Shown here piece after piece: positions 1 to 7,799 of a DNA stretch of 30,422 nt. The DNA lies in the NCBI GenBank assembly GCA_964586355.1, contig CAZPGO010000035.1, positions 1 to 30,422 on the forward strand, written 5' to 3'. Source of the stretch: an uncultured archaeon (GTDB taxonomy: Archaea > Iainarchaeota > Iainarchaeia > Iainarchaeales > CSSED10-239). Both the position numbers and the translations under genes were made by a program. The first letter of the stretch is position 1, and the number at the start of each line of letters is the position of its first letter. A model generated the notes under the pieces. It did no database searches and was not told where the DNA came from. It saw only the letters and a list, made by a program, of their open reading frames with translations.

Positions 1-1
1 T

Positions 2-1129
2 ACTTCTCCCATTAATTTATCAGCAGGTTCTACTTCTCAATTACCTCTTATTTGTGTGCCCGCTTCTTTATTTAGTTTAAATCTAATTACAGATAATGGT
101 ACTTATGTTCCAATCAACTTAAGTAACATAAATGGATCTATTCCTGATGGTTGTAGAATGGAAGTAGTTGGGAATGGATCTGAGAGTGATTCTTATAAAA
201 TTTATAATGTTTTTCAGTTAAATGATGTGAGAAACTATTTAGATCAAGAGGACATTAATTTTACTTTAGAAAAGAATATTGACTTTGAATGGATTTCTTT
301 AAGTGAGTTTTCTGATATTAATGGTTTTGAGGAATATGATGTTAATGGTTGGTATCCTATTGGAGATAATTGGGATAATACATTTCAAGGAAATTTTGAT
401 GGCAAAGGCAAAACTATTAAAAATCTTTATATTTATAGACCATCACAAAACAATATTGGGTTATTTGGATTTGTAGAAAATTCTGAAATTAAAAATATTG
501 GTGTGGTTGATGTTAATGTTACTGGAAATAGTGATGTTGGAGGATTAATTGGAGTTTTACAAAATTCAAATATTTTTAATGCTTATTCTTCTGGAAATGT
601 TACTGGCCTAGGATATTATATAGGTGGATTAGTTGGATGTGCTATATTAGCTGGTGTTTCTTTGGATAATTCTCACATAATAGATAGTTGTTATTCAACT
701 GCAAATGTATTTGGATCATCTGAAAGTGGTGGATTAATTGGATATTTAGGTTGGGGTAAATTATCTAATAGTTATGCTACTGGTAATGTTATTGGAGAAA
801 ATGTTTCTGGTGGTTTGGTTGGATATTTTGCAGAAGAAGGTGAAGGAGTTATAGAAAATTCATATTCTGTAGGAAATGTTTCTGGAATACCAGTGGTTGG
901 TGGATTAATTGGTTTTAATGGGGAATCTAATTTTAATGGGGAATCTAATTCAGAAGTTAATAATTCTTTTTGGAACACAGAAACTTCTGGTCTATTAACA
1001 AGCGATGGTGGTATAGGAAAAACAACAGAACAAATGAAACAAAGATCTACCTATGTTGGTTGGGATTTTGATACTGTCTGGCAAATTGAAGAAGGAGTTA
1101 CCTATCCTTATCTAAGATCTAATCCATAA
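2..1129 (+). CDS. GLUG-motif repeat surface protein, C-terminal part (5' end lies outside the window)
   Basis: The frame is open from base 2 with no upstream stop, so the GTG at 56 in the ORF track is probably internal. G-G-L-[IV]-G motifs recur about every 25 aa (GGLIG, GGLVG x6). The C-terminal signature FWNTETSG..GIGKTTEQMK..WDFDTVW..YPYL is typical of GLUG (PF07581-type) beta-helical adhesin or protease-associated proteins. Confidence 0.7.
   Translation, partial: TSPINLSAGSTSQLPLICVPASLFSLNLITDNGTYVPINLSNINGSIPDGCRMEVVGNGSESDSYKIYNVFQLNDVRNYLDQEDINFTLEKNIDFEWISLSEFSDINGFEEYDVNGWYPIGDNWDNTFQGNFDGKGKTIKNLYIYRPSQNNIGLFGFVENSEIKNIGVVDVNVTGNSDVGGLIGVLQNSNIFNAYSSGNVTGLGYYIGGLVGCAILAGVSLDNSHIIDSCYSTANVFGSSESGGLIGYLGWGKLSNSYATGNVIGENVSGGLVGYFAEEGEGVIENSYSVGNVSGIPVVGGLIGFNGESNFNGESNSEVNNSFWNTETSGLLTSDGGIGKTTEQMKQRSTYVGWDFDTVWQIEEGVTYPYLRSNP
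913..948. repeat. Perfect 18-bp tandem duplication (ttttaatggggaatctaa x2) inside the GLUG gene
   Basis: Read directly: 913-930 is identical to 931-948. It is in frame and duplicates the hexapeptide FNGESN. Confidence 0.9.
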
Positions 1130-1197
1130 TCCCCACCTCCTGAATAATCTCTGTCAAGTAGATATATTTAAATAGATTAACTATCTATAATTAAATA

Positions 1198-2124
1198 ATG
1201 ATTGCTAATACTTTACTATTTAAAAAAATAATAATCCTTTTACTATTTATAACCCTAAATTCTGCTTTTTTGTATTCATTAGAGCAAAATACAGAAAAAA
1301 TAGAAATAATACAAATAACCAAATCAGATCAACTAGAAAACCAATTTGATCTTTTTAAAAACGATCTAAAAGAAATAAATTTTAAGGTTTCTTTTGACTC
1401 TAAAAATTCTTTTGAAAAAAAAGTAATTTATTCTTATGATGTCTTATCAAATAATTTTAATAAAAATAAAGTGAGTTTAGATCTCTCTAAAAAAGAAGAA
1501 TATTTTTTTAAAAATTTAAACTCTAATCTACAATTAAAAGTTCTTACAAAAGAGTTTAGTGAGTCTTCTTTTCTTTTAAAAATAGAAGCAAAAGTTTATG
1601 ATAATTATAATAATCTAATAGACTACACTAGAATCTATCTCTCTTTTCAAGCCAATAATAAAGATCTAGAAAATACAGATTTGTTTAGTGGTTTTAACTA
1701 TTCTAGATCTCTTGCCTTAATAGAGAACAAAAACGATTTTGATATTATTAAAATTACTACAAAAAACAAAGGTTATGATCTTTATTGTAAATCAGATAAC
1801 CCTGCTTTAGAAACAAACATAAACTATCCTCAAAAAGAGGGTGAGTTTGATCTAAATATTTCTGTTGATAAAAACTATTCTTTTTTAGAAAACAGATCAA
1901 TTGTTTCTTGTTATGCTTTTACAGCAACAGAAAAAATAAAATTAAAAGATATTATTGTTATTTATGAAAATAGAGAAATAGAATATTTAGAAGAAGAAAA
2001 AATAAATAAAATAGATCTAACAACACTTCTTTCTTTTACAAAAAATACAAATAAAAACATTTTAACTTTAGTTTTTATTTTTGTGCTATTTTTGTTCTTT
2101 TTATCACTTTCTAAAAAAAAATAA
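1198..2124 (+). CDS. Hypothetical surface protein with N-terminal signal/anchor and C-terminal TM anchor
   Basis: 308-aa ORF with a hydrophobic N-terminus (IIILLLFITLNSAFLYS) and a C-terminal TM (ILTLVFIFVLFLFFLSL) followed by KKK. It is Asn/Lys-rich and I recognise no family. Confidence 0.5.
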   Translation: MIANTLLFKKIIILLLFITLNSAFLYSLEQNTEKIEIIQITKSDQLENQFDLFKNDLKEINFKVSFDSKNSFEKKVIYSYDVLSNNFNKNKVSLDLSKKEEYFFKNLNSNLQLKVLTKEFSESSFLLKIEAKVYDNYNNLIDYTRIYLSFQANNKDLENTDLFSGFNYSRSLALIENKNDFDIIKITTKNKGYDLYCKSDNPALETNINYPQKEGEFDLNISVDKNYSFLENRSIVSCYAFTATEKIKLKDIIVIYENREIEYLEEEKINKIDLTTLLSFTKNTNKNILTLVFIFVLFLFFLSLSKKK

Positions 2125-2125
2125 T

Positions 2126-2563
2126 CTAAAATTTATCAACTATCCAATGAGAAGCATAACCAATAACTCCAGCAATAAAGAAACCAAGGCTAGGATAGTT
2201 AATAAAGTATAAAGGAATTGATAAAATTATTCCAACAATAGGAGAATGCAGAACTCCTCTGTGTTTTATAAATTGTAAAAATATTTCTATAATTACTAAA
2301 AATCCAGCAGCAAGTATTAGTCCAATTACTCCTGTTACAAAAAATAAAATAGATAAAATAATAATAGAATATATTACAATAGTATTAAACTGTCCCTTTA
2401 TCCAAGAGCTTTTTAAGTCAAGATCAGGAATTAAAGCATATACTAAACAAAACAAAAACCCCAGCATTACTTCTGGACCAGATAATAAAAATAGCGGACC
2501 CAAAAGAAGATAAAAAACTATATAAAATAGGCTTGCCCAAAGCAAGTGATGAAATTTGTTCAT
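2126..2563 (-). CDS. Membrane-bound metal-dependent hydrolase-like protein (YdjM/DUF457-like)
   Basis: 145-aa polytopic membrane ORF. The motifs IPDLD, HRGVLHSP and a C-terminal SHWIVD match the His/Asp pattern I recall for DUF457/YdjM. Confidence 0.5.
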   Translation of the reverse strand: MNKFHHLLWASLFYIVFYLLLGPLFLLSGPEVMLGFLFCLVYALIPDLDLKSSWIKGQFNTIVIYSIIILSILFFVTGVIGLILAAGFLVIIEIFLQFIKHRGVLHSPIVGIILSIPLYFINYPSLGFFIAGVIGYASHWIVDKF

Positions 2564-2700
2564 AAGTTAATCTTCTTTTTATTATTGAATATGTATTTAT
2601 TAAACCAAAGGTCTTTAAAAAGACTATCTTCTTTATATTAAAAAAAGAGTTCAAAATCTTTATAAATGATTTGTTCTTTTATTATATATTGATCTTAAAC

Positions 2701-2706
2701 GAGGTG
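2701..2706 (+). promoter_or_regulatory. Shine-Dalgarno-like site (GAGGTG) 7 nt upstream of the thioredoxin ATG
   Basis: GAGGTG is complementary to the generic 16S 3' tail (..GAUCACCUCCU). Similar GGTGA/GTGATC/AAGGAG elements precede ftsZ (16198-16204), spt5 (17632-17638), secE, sec61-beta and the ORF at 12007 (11994-11999). Confidence 0.5.
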
Positions 2707-2713
2707 TAAACAT

Positions 2714-3034
2714 ATGAGTGAAAATATAATTAATTTAGATGATTCTAATTTTAAAACAGAACTAAAAAAATACAAATTAGCAATAGTAGATTTTTGGGCA
2801 GAATGGTGTGGTCCATGTAGAATGTTTGCAAGTATTTTTGAAGAGTTCGCATCAGAGAATAAAGAAGTAACTTGCATAAAGGTAAATGTTGATAATGCCC
2901 CAAAAATAAGCACCGAATATAATGTAATGTCAATACCTTCAATATTTTTCTTTAAAGAAGGAGAAATAGCAAAACAAACAATAGGTGTTTTACCAAAAGC
3001 AATGTTAAAAAAAATAATAGATGAAATAAAATAA
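2714..3034 (+). CDS. trxA: Thioredoxin
   Basis: 106 aa with the active-site motif W-C-G-P-C (FWAEWCGPCR) and a downstream cis-Pro context (SIPS). Size is typical. Confidence 0.9.
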   Translation: MSENIINLDDSNFKTELKKYKLAIVDFWAEWCGPCRMFASIFEEFASENKEVTCIKVNVDNAPKISTEYNVMSIPSIFFFKEGEIAKQTIGVLPKAMLKKIIDEIK

Positions 3035-3042
3035 GGATTATT

Positions 3043-4563
3043 ATGACCTATACCAAAAAATTAAAAGCAAAAATAATAGATATAGAAGCAAACAAGCCAA
3101 TCTTTTTACTAAACGAAAAAGTAGCAGAAGATATTTTAGCATCTACAAACAATCGTGTGGTTGTAAGGTCTGCTAAAGAGTGTGTTACTGGTCTAGTGGA
3201 TATTACTAATACTGTGATTGATGATTATAGTATTGGAATATATAAGAACCAACAATCAAAACTAAATATCAATGATGGAGATCTTGTTGAGGTAAATGTT
3301 ATGCCTTACCCAGAATCTCTTCAATATATTATAAATAAAATAAAAAATAACCCACTCTCAGAAGAGGAAGCATATACAATAATAAAAGATGTTTTAGATG
3401 ACAAATTATCAGAAGCAGAAATATCAGCATTTTTAACTGCCCTTACAATAAATGGTTTAAGTTTAGAAGAAACAACTTATCTTTGTAAAGCCTTAACAAA
3501 CACAGGAAAAACCATAAGTTTTGATAGACCAGAAATTTTAGATAAACATTCTATTGGTGGAATAAACGGTAGAGTTTCTATGTTAGTGGTTCCAATAATT
3601 GTTGCTAATGGTTATATGATGCCAAAAACCGCATCTAGATCCATAAGTTCTGCTGCAGGAACTGCTGATTGTATGGAGGTCTTAGCAAGAGTGGATCTTG
3701 GTGCTGATAAGATCAAAGAAATTGTTTCAGATGTTGGAGGCGTTATTACTTGGAATGGTAGACTAGATCTTTCTCCTGGTGATGATAAGATGATAGCTAT
3801 AAGGCATAGTTTAGGGCTAGATCCAGAAGGCCTGGTTATAGCTTCTGTGTTGTCTAAGAAAAAAAGTGCAGGATCTACTCATTTAATAATAGATTTACCA
3901 GTTGGTAAAGAAGTAAAAATAAAAACAAGAGAAGATGCTGAAAAATGGGCAAAAAAGTTTTTAGTTATAAGTAAAGAGCTTGGAATAAAAACAAGAGTTG
4001 TTTTAACAAATGGAGAAGTACCTTGTGGAAGAAATTTTGGAGCAGCTTTAGAATCAAAAGCAGCTCTAGAAATTTTAGAAGGAAAATATTTTGATAACCT
4101 TGCAGCAAAAGCTTGTGAGATTGCTGGAAAGTTGTTTGATCTTGTTGGAAAGACTAAAGATGGAGAGGGTTATGATCTTGCAAGAGAGACCATAAAATCA
4201 GGAAAAGCCTTAGAAAAATTTAAAGAAATCATAAAAGCACAAGAAGGAAATATTTTTTGCTCAGAGGATGTGCCAATAGCTGAAAATAAAAAAACAATTA
4301 TTAATCAATCTATTGGAAAGATTGTAGATATGGATGTTGCTTTATTAACAAAAATAGCAAGACTAGCAGGAGCTCCATATGATAAGGGAGCAGGTTTAGT
4401 TCTTTTATGTGATTCTGGAGATGAATTAAAAGAAGGAGATCCAATCTTTGAGATTTATGCAAATAATCCTGATAAACTAGATCAAGCAGAAGAATTTGCT
4501 AAAGAGAATTTAAAAGATATTATTCAAATTGAAAGAATGATACTTGAAGAAATGGATCAATAA
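3043..4563 (+). CDS. deoA: AMP phosphorylase (archaeal thymidine-phosphorylase-family enzyme with extra N-terminal domain)
   Basis: 506 aa, matching archaeal AMPpase length of about 500 aa. It carries DKHSIGG..., PKTASRSISSAAGTADCME and an N-terminal extension of about 85 aa upstream of the glycosyltransferase-family-3 helical domain. Confidence 0.75.
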   Translation: MTYTKKLKAKIIDIEANKPIFLLNEKVAEDILASTNNRVVVRSAKECVTGLVDITNTVIDDYSIGIYKNQQSKLNINDGDLVEVNVMPYPESLQYIINKIKNNPLSEEEAYTIIKDVLDDKLSEAEISAFLTALTINGLSLEETTYLCKALTNTGKTISFDRPEILDKHSIGGINGRVSMLVVPIIVANGYMMPKTASRSISSAAGTADCMEVLARVDLGADKIKEIVSDVGGVITWNGRLDLSPGDDKMIAIRHSLGLDPEGLVIASVLSKKKSAGSTHLIIDLPVGKEVKIKTREDAEKWAKKFLVISKELGIKTRVVLTNGEVPCGRNFGAALESKAALEILEGKYFDNLAAKACEIAGKLFDLVGKTKDGEGYDLARETIKSGKALEKFKEIIKAQEGNIFCSEDVPIAENKKTIINQSIGKIVDMDVALLTKIARLAGAPYDKGAGLVLLCDSGDELKEGDPIFEIYANNPDKLDQAEEFAKENLKDIIQIERMILEEMDQ

Positions 4564-4566
4564 GCT

Positions 4567-5358
4567 TTATTTAAATAAAGTGTTATAAACATCATTAAGT
4601 TCATCAGACTCTAATGACTTTACTTTTCTTTTAAGTAAATCTTCTTTAACTTTTTTTATTTTTTCTAAATATTCTTTATCTATATTATTTGAAATTAATC
4701 TAAGAGCATTATAAAGATCTTTATTAGAATATCTAAACAATTCTTTTATAAAAAGAACAAAATCAGCATCATATTTCTTATTCTTACTTTCAAAAGAGAT
4801 AATTGCTGATTCACAGTTTGGTACTGGAAAAAAACTTTTTTTACTTATTTTTTTACTCATTTTTATATTAAAATAATTTTGTGCAAGAACAGAAACAGTT
4901 GTGTAGTTTTTAAAACCAGGAATTGCTGTTAGTTTTTCTGCAAATTCTTTTTGCACTACTAGAACTGTTGTTTTGTTTGTGGTTATTATTCTTTCAATAA
5001 TTTCTTTTGATATAGAATATGGAATAAATCCAACTATCTTATCAAAATCAATGGTGTTAAGATCTACATCTAAGATATTAGTATTAATTATTTTAAGATT
5101 TTTTGTATCTATTTCCTCTTTTAATATTTCACACATTTTTTTATCTTTTTCAATAACAGTTATCTTAGGTTGATCTATTAGCTTTTTTGTTAAAAAACCA
5201 GTTCCTCCACCAATCTCTAATATTTTTTCTGTTTTTTCTAGTTTTAGTTCTTTTATAACTAGATCTATAACAGAGTCATCAATCATAAAATTTTGATCAA
5301 ATCTATGATTTGGTTTAAAATTATATTTTAACATTTGTGTGTATAGATCTTTTAACAT
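4567..5358 (-). CDS. rsmA: 16S/18S rRNA (adenine-N6,N6)-dimethyltransferase KsgA/Dim1
   Basis: 263 aa with the N-terminal FKPNHRFDQNFMID signature and the SAM motif ILEIGGGTGFLT. It sits in the conserved archaeal position downstream of DUF655. Confidence 0.85.
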   Translation of the reverse strand: MLKDLYTQMLKYNFKPNHRFDQNFMIDDSVIDLVIKELKLEKTEKILEIGGGTGFLTKKLIDQPKITVIEKDKKMCEILKEEIDTKNLKIINTNILDVDLNTIDFDKIVGFIPYSISKEIIERIITTNKTTVLVVQKEFAEKLTAIPGFKNYTTVSVLAQNYFNIKMSKKISKKSFFPVPNCESAIISFESKNKKYDADFVLFIKELFRYSNKDLYNALRLISNNIDKEYLEKIKKVKEDLLKRKVKSLESDELNDVYNTLFK

Positions 5359-5379
5359 TTAAACCATCTTTAAAAAAAG

Positions 5380-5913
5380 TTATTGTTTTTTAAAAAAAGG
5401 CATAGTAAATAGATGATGCTTTTCAGTATCCCCATTTAATATTTCTTCCATTATTCTACTAGTAATTATTTTTATTGGATCAGGTAGCATCTCTATTTTT
5501 TTTAGATCATCTAAACTTTTAAATGGTCCGTTTTTATCTAAGTAACTTAGTATTGCTAATCTGTGTTTTTTACCAATCATTGGTAATAGATCTAATTGAT
5601 GTCTTCTTACACCAATAGGTCTTGCAGTATTAAAAAAAGTAACAAATCTTTCTGAGTTTTTTTTAACCAAGTCTTCAATAGTTTTTTCTAATTCGTTTTT
5701 TGCTATTGAAGTTAATTTTTCATATGTTATTCTTTTTACTATGATATCTTCTGTTGAGATTACATCTTGAATTTTAACATTTTTGTCGCTATAAACCTCT
5801 AACAAAGAAAAATTTGATGTGCCGATGCATTGTATAACTGGTGTTTGTTTGAATTGTATCTCTTTATTTGTCTTATCTAAGACAATTGCTTCTTTTTTTA
5901 TTTGTGAATACAT
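5380..5913 (-). CDS. DUF655/COG1491 nucleic-acid-binding protein
   Basis: 177 aa with FFNTARPIGVRRHQLDLLPMIGKK...PFKSLDDL (helix-hairpin-helix region). Its position between rpoF and ksgA is the conserved archaeal neighbourhood. Confidence 0.7.
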   Translation of the reverse strand: MYSQIKKEAIVLDKTNKEIQFKQTPVIQCIGTSNFSLLEVYSDKNVKIQDVISTEDIIVKRITYEKLTSIAKNELEKTIEDLVKKNSERFVTFFNTARPIGVRRHQLDLLPMIGKKHRLAILSYLDKNGPFKSLDDLKKIEMLPDPIKIITSRIMEEILNGDTEKHHLFTMPFFKKQ

Positions 5914-5923
5914 ATTTTTTATT

Positions 5924-6265
5924 TTATTCTTTTTTATATTTTTTTACAAGCGCTAATATTTGTTCTTTATTCTCATCATTGATACACTTGTTTTTTTCAG
6001 AGATTAGTTCTAGTTCTATTTGATTAGGCAATATATCTATAATCTTTGTTGCAACCTCATCAGTAATATCTTCAATCTCTAAAAGCTCTTTTTTTAGTTT
6101 TTCTGCTTTTAATACTGTTAATTTTGCAAATAATTTCGCATGTTCATATGCCATTTTTTGTTCATAATTAAGTTCTTTTTCTTTTGATTTTTCTGATAGA
6201 ATTTTTTTAATTTCAGGCAAAGAAACATCTTCAACATATGTTGCATTATTTTGCATTTTTTTCAC
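5924..6265 (-). CDS. rpoF: DNA-directed RNA polymerase subunit F (Rpo4)
   Basis: 113-aa helical acidic/basic protein directly downstream of rpl21e. The layout (E..IL..., ...ATKIIDILP...ELELI) matches Rpo4/F. The start overlaps the rpl21e end by 20 nt; an alternative ATG at 6256 overlaps by 11 nt. Confidence 0.65.
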   Translation of the reverse strand: MKKMQNNATYVEDVSLPEIKKILSEKSKEKELNYEQKMAYEHAKLFAKLTVLKAEKLKKELLEIEDITDEVATKIIDILPNQIELELISEKNKCINDENKEQILALVKKYKKE

Positions 6266-6566
6266 CTTTTGCTATTTGTTTTAATAATTTAAGATGAATT
6301 CTGTGTGTTATGATTTTTTTAGGTTTATTACCATCCTTTAATTGTACTATTGGGCAATTTCCTTGAAATCCAATTACCTTACCAGTAATTCCATCAACTC
6401 TTCTGTGAGGTAAACCGTTATGTACTGAGCTATTTGCATTAATTTGTACAACATCATCTACATTTATTGGTTTTATCATTTCGTTTACTGTTGTTTTATC
6501 TCTAACATTTCTTCTATATCTGCTTCTTGTAAGAGATCTTTTTCCTTTTGCTTTTTTATTTGCCAT
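6246..6566 (-). CDS. rpl21e: 50S ribosomal protein L21e (eL21)
   Basis: 106 aa with a basic N-terminus KGKRSLTRSRYRR and an SH3-like core (DDVVQINANSSVHNGLPHRRVDGITGKV). Confidence 0.85.
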   Translation of the reverse strand: MANKKAKGKRSLTRSRYRRNVRDKTTVNEMIKPINVDDVVQINANSSVHNGLPHRRVDGITGKVIGFQGNCPIVQLKDGNKPKKIITHRIHLKLLKQIAKGEKNAK

Positions 6567-6877
6567 ATTCTCTACATCCTTTTTTAATTTTCTGTATTGA
6601 TTATAATTATATATATGGAGCAGTAAGTTTTTATATAGTGCTTTTTTCTTAAAAATAACCTAACTTTTCTATAGCTAAAACCCATAATCTCCAAACTAAA
6701 ACTAATCAGAATGTTTGGTTTTTTCTGTTGTCTTTTAGTATTTAAATTTTTTGTATACCTTTATAAACCCTTTTATATATAAAATATATTTATATATAAA
6801 TGTTTCTTTTGTAAAATCAAGAAAAAACAAGCACAATTTACGGTGTTATTTAAAATAGAAAAAGAGGTTTTGATAAA

Positions 6878-7429
6878 ATGGATTATAAAATTGTAAATTT
6901 AGTAGCATCAAGTAGTTTAGGATCTAGTTTAGATCTATATAATTTAGCAACAGCTATACCAGAAATAGAATATGAACCTGAACAATTTCCTGGAGCTATT
7001 TTAAAATTAGCTGAACCTAAAGTATCTTTGTTATTATTTAAAAATGGAAATATTATTATTTCAGGAGCATCTTTTGAAAAAGATATAAAGGCAGCAATAA
7101 AAAAAGCCACAAAAATAATTAATGAAGTTCAAAAAAATGTACCAATAAAGCAAAGAATTACTTATAAAATAGTAAATTTAGTTGCAACCTCTAGTTTAAA
7201 TAAGCAAATAGATTTGTTTAATGCTGCTGTAACTTTAGATAATATAGAATATGAACCAGAACAATTTCCTGGAGCTATTGTAAGATTATTTAATCCAAAA
7301 TTAACCATGTTATTATTTAAAAATGGAAAATTGATTTGTGCAGGTGCTAAATCAGAAGAAGATATTGTAAAAGGATTAAGTAAATTAAAGAAAGTTATTG
7401 CCGGATCTAAACCAAAAGCAAAGAAATAA
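6878..7429 (+). CDS. tbp: TATA-box binding protein
   Basis: 183 aa made of two direct repeats, each with YKIVNLVA(S/T)SSL...IEYEPEQFPGAI...LLFKNG...(S/A)GA. Confidence 0.95.
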   Translation: MDYKIVNLVASSSLGSSLDLYNLATAIPEIEYEPEQFPGAILKLAEPKVSLLLFKNGNIIISGASFEKDIKAAIKKATKIINEVQKNVPIKQRITYKIVNLVATSSLNKQIDLFNAAVTLDNIEYEPEQFPGAIVRLFNPKLTMLLFKNGKLICAGAKSEEDIVKGLSKLKKVIAGSKPKAKK

Positions 7430-7430
7430 C

Positions 7431-7446
7431 GATTTATTTAAAAACC
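7431..7446 (+). promoter_or_regulatory. Archaeal TATA box for the 5S rRNA gene
   Basis: TTTATTTAAAA is centred about 28 nt upstream of the predicted mature 5' end (7467) and begins 2 nt after the tbp stop codon. Confidence 0.5.
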
Positions 7447-7466
7447 TTTTCGTTCATAATTGTTTT

Positions 7467-7582
7467 GTTAGCGATCATAGGAACAAGGAAACACCTGGAC
7501 CCTTTCCGAACCCAGAAGTTAAGATTGTTACCGTTATTGTTGGCCCTAAGTTCTTTCTTGGAGCTGCAGTTCAGTTGCTAAC
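7467..7582 (+). rRNA. rrf: 5S ribosomal RNA (stand-alone, not linked to 16S/23S in this window)
   Basis: This is the only GC-richer intergenic island. It contains ACACCTGGACCCTTTCCGAACCCAGAAGTTAAG, the universal 5S loop B/C region. The termini GTTAGC / GCTAAC pair as helix I. It is about 116 nt long and followed by T-runs. Confidence 0.85.
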
Positions 7583-7602
7583 TTTTATATTACTCTTTTT
7601 TT
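7583..7602 (+). terminator. Oligo-T termination signals after 5S rRNA
   Basis: TTTT lies directly after the 3' end and a T7 run lies at 7596-7602. Archaeal RNAP terminates at oligo-T. Confidence 0.45.
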
Positions 7603-7799
7603 AAAATTAATTTTTATTAATACTATTTATTGTTTATATCTTTAATACTATTTATTTTTTAAACCTTTAATCTTTCATATAACTTACAATTATTTTTCAT
7701 ATAAAATAATTTTTTTATTCTAATTTTATATACTTACTATTTTTAATTATAATGTCTTAATAATATATTTATTATTTTTAATATTTGAGTTGATAAATA

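Noticed and set aside
772-978. Short ORFs in the six-frame track lie antisense to, or out of frame inside, well-supported genes. They are 772-978, 2424-2654, 2695-2913, 2751-2942, 4973-5173, 6883-7110, 8360-8575, 8618-8827, 9878-10093, 11582-11770, 13066-13257, 15176-15364, 16327-16764, 18072-18281, 21527-21715, 23044-23250 and 24130-24339.
   Set aside because: Each is fully embedded in a longer ORF with clear family motifs on the other strand or frame. Their translations are low-complexity mirror images, and none has an SD or promoter context.
1119-1141. A perfect minus-strand Shine-Dalgarno AGGAGGTG (complement of 1134-1141) is followed after 6 nt by ATG (1127-1125). It overlaps the stop codon of the GLUG gene.
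   Set aside because: The ORF it would drive is only ATG-GAT-TAG, and no minus-strand gene follows. It is probably chance or a relic of a lost gene start. A start-stop regulatory mini-ORF cannot be supported from sequence alone.
6691-6724. An inverted repeat CCAAAC(16 nt)GTTTGG followed by T6 lies in the 311-bp rpl21e/tbp divergent spacer. It could be the terminator of a small RNA transcribed from a TATA-like TTTTTATATA near 6632.
   Set aside because: The stem is only 6 bp and AT-rich with a large loop. There are no C/D or H/ACA boxes and no conservation data. Archaeal termination needs only oligo-T, which is ubiquitous in this AT-rich DNA.
6771-6800. A near-palindromic AT tract TTTTATATATAAAATATATTTATATATAAA could be an origin-recognition or DNA-unwinding element.
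   Set aside because: There are no ORB-like G-rich half sites, no adjacent orc1/cdc6 gene, and this composition is typical of the genome's intergenic DNA. It is more simply a pair of TATA boxes for the divergent genes.
7398-7604. A 68-aa plus-strand ORF spans the end of tbp and the region downstream.
   Set aside because: It is explained by the 5S rRNA gene at 7467-7582. The open frame is an accident of the structured RNA sequence.
7583-7799. Short direct repeats lie in the 5S-aglB spacer. TAATACTATTTATT occurs at 7618-7631 and 7643-7656, and TTTCATATAA occurs twice near 7672-7704. I considered a degenerate CRISPR or iteron array.
   Set aside because: There are only two copies of each, 10-14 bp long, in a spacer that is roughly 90% AT by eye. 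There is no regular repeat-spacer architecture and no cas genes.
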